Source of the DNA: Ancylonema sp.
Lineage: Eukaryota
Direction of reading: 5' to 3'
NCBI GenBank assembly: GCA_050230475.1
Contig: JBFLGF010000013.1
Coordinates: 1 to 64,000 of the forward strand
Length of the DNA stretch: 64,000 bases
Shown here piece by piece: positions 21,401 through 32,443 of the stretch. The position numbers and the translations under genes are program-made. The notes under the pieces are model-generated. The model saw only the letters and a list, made by a program, of their open reading frames with translations. It made no database searches and had not been told where the DNA came from. Position 1 is the first letter of the stretch, and each line of letters opens with the position of its first letter.

Positions 21401-24180
21401 TTTTAGGGTTTTAGGGTTTTAGGGTTTTAGGGTTTTAGGGTTTTAGGTACTTAGGTACTTAGGTACTTAGGTACTTAGGTACTTTAGTGAGGTTGAGAAC
21501 CCCAATAAATTAGGGCTAGGGTTTCAGGCGTGAGGCACTACAGCGCGGTTGAGTGCGGGGGAGGTTCAGAAAGTGGTAGGTGGGACCGGGAAGGTTGAGG
21601 TTTAAGGGTTGAGATGGATGGACATGCTGGCTCAAGTCATTTAGGTTCTATGGATCGGGGTCCGAGGTCTGGATTGCAACATTCTCAGATTTTCAGATTT
21701 TCAGATTTTCAGATTTTCAGATTTTCAGATTTTCAGATTTTCAGATTTTCAGATTTTCAGATTTTCAGATTTTCAGATTTTCAGATTTTCAGATTTTCAG
21801 ATTTTCAGATTTTCAGATTTTCAGATTTTCAGATTTTCAGATTTTCAGATTTTCAGATTTTCAGATTTTCAGATTTTCAGATTTTCAGATTTTCAGATTT
21901 TCAGATTTTCAGATTTTCAGATTTTCAGATTTTCAGATTTTCAGATTTTCAGATTTTCAGATTTTCAGATTTTCAGATTTTCAGATTTTCAGATTTTCAG
22001 ATTTTCAGATTTTCAGATTTTCAGATTTTCAGATTTTCAGATTTTCAGATTTTCAGATTTTCAAGATTCAGGTTTCGGGTTTCGGGTTTTGAGCGGCCAA
22101 TCACAGCAGAGGCAACCACAACAAGCCTCAAAGCAAAGGCCAGAGAGGGGGGGAGTGCTCCTGTCAAATACTCCGCAGGATGGTGAGTTAAGAATCCTTT
22201 TTATTCTTTGAGTGAGTGGAGAGGGTGCCTGTAGAGCGAGCTGACCTGGCCCCGTAAGGCGGCAGCACAGGCTCGCACTCCCTTCTCCCCCAGAGCGTTG
22301 TCGGAGAGGTTCAAGGAACTCAGTTTCGTTCCCACCAGCCCGGAGCAGATTTTGGATAAGGCGCCCAGCGCGTCAGATTCCTGGAATACAACATGTTTTT
22401 TTTTTTTTTTTTTTTTTTGAAATAATTTTAGATGGGTCTTTTAGGGACAGCAGCTTCAGATTGAAGAACTTTTGAAAAAAACACTCTACTTAAGGAATGC
22501 TGAGGGCATAACACAACTTTTTTGACGACTTTATCCCATGGTAGAGTCGCTGCACCTTCAAATCGATGGATAGCTTTTCAGATTTGCTTCTTTGCGTAAA
22601 GAAAAAAGAACAAGACAGGAGAGACGTGGACAGAAAGAAGCAGCAGGAATGAGGTGCAAGCAATCGCTAGAAAGAAAGAAAGAAAGAAAAAAACAGATGC
22701 GTGAATAATCCTTACAACACGTTTAGAATTCATCTTTTAGACAGAAAGCTCTGAAACATCCTGAACATCAATTCTGCCCCCCAAAAACCCTCCTGGGAAT
22801 TGCTCTAACTCACTTTCCGAGGAGTAGGAGTAGGATTCCATTACTCCATTACTCCATTACTCCATTACTCCATTACTCCATTACTCCATTACTCCATTAC
22901 TCCATTACACCATTACTCCATTACACCATTACTCCATTACTCCATTACTCCATTACTCCATTACTCCATTACTCCATTACTCCATTACTCCATTACTCCA
23001 TTACTCCATTACTCCATTACTCAAGTATCGCGTACCTTCTGGCCAGCGATGATGTCGCTGAGATCAGCATCCACCAGCGTGTCTCGACACCTGGCGAGTG
23101 CTCGCGCTGCCACGTCAGCAGCTTCGGGGCTGAAGCTCTTGCCGCTCAAACAAACCTGGGGGAAATCATGGAAGGTAAAGGGGGGGAAATAGTTAGACTC
23201 TAGTTTTGTGTTCGAATATGAAGTAATGAATGAAATGCTGTGTGTCTCCCTCAGACATGTCTGCCACCTCACCTTCTCTTTTCTGCCACCTCACTGGAGC
23301 CATTCTGCCATTCTGCCGTCTCACTTTGTGTTGTTGCAAAGCGAGATGGCAGAAACTGATATCCGCATTCGTTTACTGGATCCTCCAAACAGCTACGGGA
23401 GGTTTGACCAGACTCAGAAAATGTATGTACCTTGGTATACAGGTGTGGGGACGTGAGCAGCGGCTCTAGAAGCGTTTCTGCTGCAGCCTTGTTCAGTAAC
23501 TCTCTCTTGCCCCCCGAATTGTCAAACTGCAAAGTCCAAATTCAAAAATTCGATCATTCGGACAGCTGAGATGGTGCAGACAACAGCAGTGCCCTACTAC
23601 TGAATCTCTCGCTATTCACACTATTGGTTGCAAGGTGCAAGATCGAATGGATGTCTGCCACGTTTCTGCCACCTGGAGCTTTGTGGAAGATCTCACCACA
23701 AGACCGCCTTCCTTTGCCAGAGCTGGAATCGATTTTGGCGTCACCTCATTGGTTCCATCCACATTGGTGTGAGGATCCTTAGCCTCGCTTCCTTTCAGTA
23801 TGGCGTACATGAGTTCGACCGCTTTATCTCCGTAGGATCTGATCGCATCAGAGGGGCTGCTATCTTTCTTTGAATGAGAGAATGCGCCTTCCTCAATTGC
23901 GGCGGCATGCTTCCTGGCGTCCGTGGCATCAATTCTGTCGTACTGAAACAAAAGGGAGAAATAAGTGAAGTAAGATAGCGCATAAATTGAGCGATACGGC
24001 ATGGTGCGACCAAATCCCCTATTCAGTTAGGAGTGGGGTATGTACCGGCACATTCTGATGCCGTAACGGGAGGAAATTAACCTTTTCGCAGGAGAAAGAG
24101 ATCGAAGCAATGTTTGTTGTTATGAGCTCCACCGTTTTCCACCTCATGGAGTCAGGAACCAATACAGCTGCCACGGCCAT
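18433..24180 (-). CDS. RanGAP: Ran GTPase-activating protein (WPP-like domain, LRR, acidic tail), 11 exons
   Basis: Exons 24180-24082, 23942-23673, 23526-23431, 23155-23036, 22380-22246, 21346-21223, 20460-20335, 20217-20098, 19658-19591, 19085-18925, 18745-18433 join in frame. Motifs: DLSDIIAGQKE, LNLSDNALGEKGVRA, LHFFNNMSGDGGA, FRFSSTRVG, DLRDNMF, LNGNRISDAGIDEVK and LGPLDENDEEG followed by poly-E. Confidence 0.93.
21373..21487 (+). repeat. Interstitial telomere-like array, (TTTTAGGG)x8-9 then (TACTTAGG)x4, in RanGAP intron 5
   Basis: Read directly from the sequence. Confidence 0.95.
21685..22063 (+). repeat. Perfect octamer array (TTTTCAGA)x~47 in RanGAP intron 5
   Basis: Read directly from the sequence; it produces the spurious FSDFQIFR ORF. 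Confidence 0.97.
22838..23022 (+). repeat. Octamer array (CCATTACT)x~23 in RanGAP intron 4
   Basis: Read directly from the sequence; includes two CCATTACA variants. Confidence 0.97.
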
Positions 24181-24426
24181 GATTGCAGTCGAGGAAGACG
24201 ACGACGACTGATGAAGCGCAAGACTGCCTCACACGAGCCTTGATTTGTGCTCTTGCCGTCAAAGGTGTTTTAGGCAGGCAGGAGCTTTCCTAGTGATCAA
24301 CTGGAAGAGACAACAAGACGGACAAACGATGTCTTGGCACACTTGTCCCCGAAGCGAAGTTTGCCTCCCAACAATCATAAATTTTTAAGTGCTTGTTACA
24401 TTCTATACCGTACCAGCAATACATAA

Positions 24427-24677
24427 CCCCCCTCTTTTTTTGAAAGGCAATTAATTAAATCGCCCCCCCCCCCCACCAAACCCATCACGACTACAGTAAT
24501 TACTCGTCATAGGCACACTCGTTAGAAACGCAGCCTCGGTTTAGGCACCAAAATGGCATGCACCATGTGTAGCATGTGGGGATGGGGGGGGGTATGGTTT
24601 ATTAATTCCGGTTCGGGGGGGGGGGGATGGGGGGGGGGACGATTTACTTCATTGCCGTTTCAAAAATGGGGGGGGGT
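24427..24677. mobile_element. MITE-like or foldback element with ~45-bp imperfect terminal inverted repeats
   Basis: CCCCCCTCTTTTTTTGAAAGGCAATTAATTAAATCGCCCCCC (24427-24470) resembles the reverse complement of 24629-24677. No clear TSD. Confidence 0.45.
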
Positions 24678-25270
24678 CACATTCGACCACAGTAGTGCCG
24701 ACTTTTCGCCGCCAAATCGTCTTCGTTATAGGCACTAACACACCAAGTTATGGGCACAAAGAAAAGGGTGATTTTTTGCCTATGACGAGTTGTCGTGTCA
24801 TCTAACATCGTGTCATACTCACACGTGTCTTTCTATCGTTCTAACGAACCTCATCGTTAAAATGCACCACACACGTCCGAAACATTACTTCACCACACTC
24901 GTGTCCGCTCACACGTGCTGAATGATCTAGTCTAGATTCGCACCATACTCATGCGATACAACTAATGGCCACCGCCAACACCTCACTAGTACTAAGGGCA
25001 TGCCAATTATAAATCACTATTCTACCTAATGGCAAGGCAATGTTTATGGCCTGGACACAACATGTCCGAAGCGTTAGGTGGTTGCTAAGGTTAATGTTTG
25101 CTAGATCTATATTAAATACATATTATACAATCAAATGCACATTCCAATGAATCAAAGAAAACAAATTCATATGCCAGCCGAACACACTCAAATGCGAAGA
25201 CGAATACACAAGATTGCCAGTGCAAAAAGGTCAGCAGTTCCTGAGGCGCACTTTGACCGAATGAGGCTAG

Positions 25271-25661
25271 AGTGTAAAGGTTACAACTTCTATTGTTCCA
25301 GTTGCCAAAGCATCTACGATCGTTTGCGGCGCCGCCTAGCTAACTGGATGCAGTGACACCACGGCACGGTCAGTGTTGTGAATAGGAATTGGTAGTACAT
25401 GTTAGATACAGACAAAGCTCGGCGCTTACGTTTGTGTTGTCGGATGTACACTTGGCGGTAGATAGCAAAGGTCGGCATTTCAGGTGTACGACAAGAGGTT
25501 CTCCATGGCAGCCATACATTGTGTCCAATTGTCGATCTAGATGACGTCGCTACTAGAATACTTGGCTGAGAATAAACTAGTATGTCGGTAAGCTAGGCGG
25601 CGCCGCAAACGATCGTAGATACTTTTGCAACTGGAACAATACAAGCTGTAACCTTTACACT
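25271..25661. repeat. 71-bp inverted repeat (4 mismatches) with ~250-bp spacer
   Basis: 25271-25341 is the reverse complement of 25591-25661 (AGCTAGGCGGCGCCGCAAACGATCGTAGAT...GTAACCTTTACACT). Confidence 0.92.
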
Positions 25662-27498
25662 TTGGCCGTTTTCGAGCTTCAACGTTAAAACTACTTCTTC
25701 TAATTTCTCTATTCTAGAGAACTGCGCCGTGTTGACCTCGCGCACCTCGCGCAATGCGTTATGGAAGCCAACCATCAGCTCCTCCACACATGTGAGTTTT
25801 TTAATAGAAATACTCAAGACAGAAGAGTCGCAAGACATAGCTCTGGTCTTCGTACTTATTATTGGGAAGGACAAGGCCGGGAGAGGAGAAGGACGGGCGC
25901 GCGGGTTGAAGACGGGTGACGATTGCTTTGAATCTCCGACTATGGAGTGCACTTCACGGTGTATGATCGTGAGGGTGGCGTGTTTGTGTGAACATGCAGG
26001 GTCAATACGTAAGTTGTGTAGCCACGGACGGGCTTGCCAGCAGGGTTGAACGATTCTTCTTTCTGCACGAAGGGAGAAATCCCGTCTTCTCCCGCACGGC
26101 CGTGCGTCCTGCGTCTCGTATGACACGCGTGCGGAAGCGCGTACAACGTACCCTGCCCGTCCGACCGCAGGGTCTGTATTGCTTCATATCGTTGGATAAC
26201 ATCACTATCGCACGGAGGGGCATGATAGCACGATTCGTATAATCCCTGCCGGCAATGTGTGTCGAGTCAAAACGTTAGTCGCGTAGCCACGGCACATACT
26301 TATCGTCATTCATGGCTATCACCCCGTCAATCGAATATTTGTGAGCGCATTTCACACTTTTTTTTACTTTGAATTATCTGAAAATCTGAAGTATCCTACG
26401 ATACTACACTAAAAATCAGCGGTGGTCATCAAGTTTAGTTGCTGGTGCCAAAGATGACTCCTCCCAGCCCCGCCGGCAGGGTTTGCGGGTAGTGAGTTAT
26501 CATGCCCCACCGCGTGTTTCCTATTTTGTCGTTGGATAATGACCACGACTGACCAAGAAAGAACCAAGAAAGTTCAAGCGGAGGTCGCGTATTCTCGTCA
26601 ACATGACACCGACGGCCACGATCCTTCTCGCAAACATTCATAGATACAATTCGTGCGATACAGGTACGAAACCACATCGACACGTTTGCCTACCGACATC
26701 TTATCACGTGCAAAATCGTGACAAGAAAATTTAGCGACCAGAAATCTTCGTTCCGCCAATGCCGGTATAGCGCGAACATCCAGAGAGGAATAGTTTGGCT
26801 TGTATTCCCATATGTTGATCCTGCGTTACCGGAAACTCTGGTCGAACAATGCGTCCTAGTATGATTCGATAGGGCGCTTGTGTGGCTTGACGTGACGCAA
26901 TTCTAGACGACAGCCGTTGCTTCAGAAAAGCTGTCACTTCTACGGATTCCTTCTTCTTCGCACAGGTATGGTAATACGCGAAGACTGAAATTCTCGATTG
27001 ACAGATTTTATCTAATATCTCTCCTTCATCTTCGGTGAAGATATGTGGGTCCGACGAAGCGCAAGTGCGCGGATCCCGAGCCAGCCGTCATCGGAATAGC
27101 TTAATCACAAACAATTGCATCTACAATTCAACGTCGACTCTTTACCTTCATTTTCTTCGCGTTGTTTTGCATCTTTCTGCCCATATGTATCGACCCGATC
27201 TGGCCTCATACCCTTGAAATGCGGGAAGTGAAAAGAATAAAAAACCATCATAGCAATTATTAGCCGACGAGATGACTTATGTATGCACGCGTGTTCAGTG
27301 CGCCATAACCTTGCAGGGTTTTGGCTCTCCTCTGGCGCTTTTCTGGCGCTTGTCCACTATTTTCCTAGTGGTAATCATTCACAATAGCTTGCCTCTTTTT
27401 CTGGTCGCAGAATCAACCACCGACCATCTGCTGTCCTCTTTTCCCCGGAAGCTTCCTCCTGTGCCGAACATTGTCTTCCGCGCACCTGTGACACAAAA

Positions 27499-29315
27499 CA
27501 TGCTGCATGCTCGCACCCTTACTAGCGCGGCGCGCAGGCGCATTGCGACCATAGGGACTGTATCGCCCATCTCCCTGGAGGCACAGGTGTATGAAGCTTG
27601 TCTGAGAGGCAATGTGAACGAAATTAAGGACCTGCTCACCAAGGGGGCTTCGCTGGAGGTAAGGGTGCCTCCTTCATATACTATATATACTTCATATACT
27701 ATATGTATTTCATATATACTTCATACACTATACATAATTCATATATACCTCATTCTTCATTATGACATTAGGGTAGACGTTATGGTTGACATAAGGATGC
27801 ACATGTTGTCATGACGAAACATGTGACTCATTACAACGAGTTCATATACAAATGAGTGCATGCATAGTTATGTATGTATACATGCATGATACGTATGACT
27901 GTATGGCTGAATATATGTACGTGAGTTTGCAGGTTTGTAACTGTCTTTGTTTTTACACATGTGTCTGTGTGTACAATCCCCCCATCCCCCCATCCCCCCA
28001 TCCCCCCATCCCCTCCTCAGGGTACTGTGAATGGGGAGACCCCCCTCCTCCTTGCCTGCTCTCGCAAGGACGGCTTCGATTGTGCAAAGCTCCTGGTGGG
28101 GCTGGGGGCAAATATACAGGCGACTGGTGCAGGTGGGGGGGTCTGGGGGGGAGGGTGGGGGATGTGGGGTGTGAGGGGAGGTGAAGGGTAAGGTTACTGA
28201 TTGGGTTTGATAACCGTATTGTATTTCTGGGACGGGGCAAGAGGAAGGGGGGTTCAGGAAGCAGTGGGAGATAGGAGGTGGTAAATGGTATACACTCATT
28301 TCATATGTACATGTGAATTGAAGTTTGTAGTAAATGGGTTAGGTGTCTGTATGAAAACAAATGTATATGTGTGTGCATACATAATAGCATCTTGCTACAT
28401 CTGTACATACACATATGTCTGCATATATGCAAATGTATCTGCAAACATATCTTTGTATGATTCTACACATCTGTATAGTCTGATTCATTTTTTATAGACA
28501 TAGAAATATCTGCATATTCCTCTGTTTGTGTTTATCGAATTTTATACACATATAATATCTGTATAACATACCGTTCACATACTTCAATACTTCACACACA
28601 CAACACCCGGCACTGATGTGGCCCGGAATGCATGAAGTATCTATTATGAGGGGGTGGTGATATTTATTCTTCATAATATAAGAGGGGTTGGTGCAGGTGG
28701 CTACCCAGTGCATGTGGCTGCTCGAGCGGGTCACAATCGAACCCTGGACATGCTCATAGATAACGAAGGTCAGTTCCCCCCCCTTATAAGAAACACACCC
28801 CTTCTTTTATAAGGGGCAAAAGGAAGAGCCACTATTTTGTGAGGCGTTGCAATAATATTTCCTTCTAAATAAGATGCCCTTGTTGGGAATTGTGTTTTTG
28901 TTTTTGATACAATTTTTTGGGTAAAAATTGTCCATCGTCTTTTTCCATCCGTAAGAAAGGCATCCTAGTTTGCGACTCGCTCCTGCGTTGTACCCAAAAT
29001 TTGCAGCATATCGTATCAGATTCTCCACCTCCTCATCTTCTGTTATTTCCATCTGGCTGTTCAGCCTCCCTGCTGGTTGTGGATGTTGCTGGCAACACAC
29101 CATTGGAGGTGGCTAGGGCGGAGCGACGAGAGTTAACCATACGTCTCATCGAGGTGCGCACCCCAACCACTTCACTTGTTGTTTTCCCGCCTCGGCTAGA
29201 AACAAGCTCTCTCTCCTCTGTTTAATAATTTGTTTTCGGTTTTGTTTTTTTTTAATGTTCTGTTTTTCTTAAAATTTCTTGAATTTAAGAGCTTGTTGTT
29301 TCTTATTCTTCTTCG

Positions 29316-29349
<34 letters not shown>

Positions 29350-32300
29350 GGGCCTGTGCAGAATCGGATTTGTTTGTTCAGTGGACAAATGCGGCAGCAG
29401 TCCGAGTGTCTTAAATATTGGAAGGGGGGGATATCGACATGCTATGTGTGAGTGATTTGGTCGTATCCCGGTTTTTTATAGACATTAACATCATTATGTA
29501 TATATATATATATGTATGTATATGTATATGTCTATGTATATGTATATGTGATATCGGTTGCCGTCGCTCATGTTGTATTTTTATCCCATTCGTATTCTTT
29601 CAAATCAGTGTCTTATTTTCAATATGCGCTAATTCAACATGGATTTTTTTTTTGGTTGGGACGCCCTATTCTCCCACTTAATGTATTTGATCTAATCGTT
29701 TTTTTTTTTTTTCCTGTTAATTTTCTTTCGCATTTTCATATATGTTTTATTTACAAATGTGTTTCATTGGGTTCTTTTATTTTGAAAAGCTGCTTATAAG
29801 ATGTTAGATGTACATATGAAAACTCAATTTCATTCATTGCATTGGAAAAATTGAATGGAATCAGCCTCGTAAAAATTAGAAGATGAAGAGAAAAAACTAA
29901 AACATCATTTTTTCACACATATTGTTTGTGCAGATGGGTGGTTTTGATTCCTATTGGACTCAACTCGAGTGGTTCCCTTGACTTAGAGCTTCTAGTGTAC
30001 GACCCGAACGTTTCAGTAAGTTTTTATTTATTATTTTTTTGTGTCCTCTTGTCTTTTAACATGATTGAGCACAACCTTTAAAACACGACTTGCACAAGGA
30101 GTGATTGGGATTCAAATTGTGTACATATAAGAGTAAATTGCGGTAGATAATTATGAATTGATATAATATGTTGGGAGTTTTGTAGGTTTGAGTTCAATCA
30201 TTGTCATTTCGTACCTTTCGTCCATAAAGACTCGCCGCTCCTTCAATACAGCCCACACAAGCAATCATCCATATTATACTCCGAATCCAGTTGTTAACTA
30301 GTATCCATTTTCTAATATTCCATATTCTAATATTCCGTATTCTAATATTCCACATTCTAATGTTCCGTATTCTAATACATCATATTCTAATATTCCGTAT
30401 TCTTATATTCCGTATTCTAATATTATATATTCCAATATTCCAATATTCTGTATTGATATATTTCAATATTTTATATTCCAAAGTCTATATTCTCAATAGC
30501 TCAATTGATATTGGATCAATGTGAACTTGTGAGTATTTTTTGCAATGTGTTGACAGCTCAAATTTGAATGTGAAGAAATGTTCATAAGTTTGCCCTACTG
30601 AACCGTGTGTCAAGTTGGGTTTGATCCGATTGGGTAATTCTCGGTTTTGACTTTTGGAATTAGGGTTTTGAGATTTCATGAATACAAGTGAGGTTTTTTT
30701 CAATATGTACTTCTATTTCACTCCATTTGAACATGTATTTGGAAACACTAATTTTAGGTTTTCGAAATTATATGTATATACAAATTCTGTGGTTATAGGT
30801 GTCCTCTATTTCGGTTTCTATATGTTTTTGGTATTTATTTTTATCCGATTTTTTATTTATTTTTGCAGAGTGTTATCCCAACTACCCGCTTTCCAATCCA
30901 CCATTCCAAATGCCAGATCATGCAAGTGGAGAAATCTGAGTACCCCGTTTTCATCGCCGAGCATAACGTATCAAGTGAGTTCTTCTTCTAAGACTAAGAC
31001 TAAGACTTTGACTTTGACGTTGACTATAACATTGACCATGACATTGGCTTTTATTTTAACCTCTGGTTTATTTTTGACTTTCACTTCCGCTTTGGCTTCT
31101 GCTTTGACTTCGCTTGATTTCCTTTGATTTCGCTTTGACTTCCGCCGTTTTGGTCTACTCAATGTCAATATGTTGAACATGGCTTCCACTTCTAGAAGCA
31201 TTTTATGATGGTGGATCACATGAAACGAGTTGTAGATGCACTCCTCTCTTATGGGTTTCAACATGTTACCTTTGATCACCTCGATTAAGAACCCAAAACA
31301 AGTTTTCTTCGTCCGCTACATTCTGTGTGTCCTCAACCCCCTTCCTCCCCCACCTTGCACCCTCAAGACAACCAACAACAAAAATAACCGAACTGCACGT
31401 ATGCACCTGCAATATCCTCCCTCTCATAATAATCCATATCAAATGTGTTGTCCAGAGAGTAAATTATCACTACGCGGAAGCAAAGCAGGGAAGAAGCGCC
31501 CGGAGGAGCAAGTTGAGGCTCTGCTGAAAGCGTGTACCACCAAAACCGAAGTAAGGTTTTGGACAGAGAAAAAATACACCCTCTACGAAAATGAGCATCC
31601 CAAAATATTCATAAACATCCATGCCTTATTTTTTGGTAGATAAAGAGGAACTCCTAAAAATCAATGTGGAGAAAATTTGGGGAAACCCCCCAAGAAAGAA
31701 ACGAACTCCGTGATTCGAATTGATTGGCAGATGCTTAGTGTTTCACAGATTTATTGGACCTACTTAACGTATATGACCTTGTTGACTTACGGATAGAGGG
31801 TTGACTTTTGGGTCGCATTTGGAACAAGCGATTGACCCGTGAACAAGATATTGGACCCACTCGATTTTGTCTCCCGAGTCCTCATAATTTTCCGCCCACC
31901 CCAAACTCATTCATATTTTCCCCTCCCACATGATTTAAAACAGTCAGATATGGAAGAGGATGATTTTTACGCCGCAATAAGAGCGCTCACAAAGCTACAC
32001 AACCACAACCACAACCAGAACACCAGCCGTTCAACCAGCCCCTCCCGAACTCCCAACCCTTTTACCTAACCCAACCCCACTCCCGACCGCATTGCCAACC
32101 CACAAGTCAATCCAGGGCGCGTACCCAAGACCCCTTAGGAGGTCAAAATCGTCCCACTCCTACGGCGCCCCCATTTATCTCAACGGACGCATATGCTAGT
32201 GCGGGGATGGGAGTGGCGGGGATGGGGGTGGGTGGACAACGTAGGGCTGGGAGGGATGGGGGTGGCGAATGGCTAGCCAAGTGTTCGATTTTTTGGGATA

Positions 32301-32443
32301 ATGCGCCTGGTGGGTTGTTTATGCCGTGCGCACACTTGGGGTGTTGTTTGATATGTTTGACGGCTGTGTTTGAGAAGCCAGAGAAGGAATGTCCCCGTGG
32401 CCGCACCACGCTATTGAAGATCACACAAAAAATAAAAAAGTGA
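27499..32443 (+). pseudogene. Ankyrin-repeat/RING E3 ligase, XBAT34/35-like, with disrupted C-terminus
   Basis: Exons ~27499/27551-27658, 28021-28132, 28697-28768, 29065-29153, 29362-29447, 29934-30016, 30869-30974, 31456-31550 and 31944 onward. They encode GETPLLLAC, YPVHVAAR, NTPLEVAR, IENRICLFSGQMR, WVVLIPIG and LELLVY. A TAA at 32067-32069 and a frame change precede a degenerate RING (CSIF..PCAHLGCCLIC..CPRG). Confidence 0.8.
30300..30480. repeat. Degenerate 15-bp minisatellite (TATTCTAATATTCCR) in an intron
   Basis: Read directly from the sequence; it produces the ILIFR ORF. Confidence 0.8.

Noticed and set aside
21614..22186. 190-aa ORF of FSDFQIFR repeats; also considered as CRISPR-like
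   Set aside because: A pure octamer satellite with no spacers, lying inside an intron.
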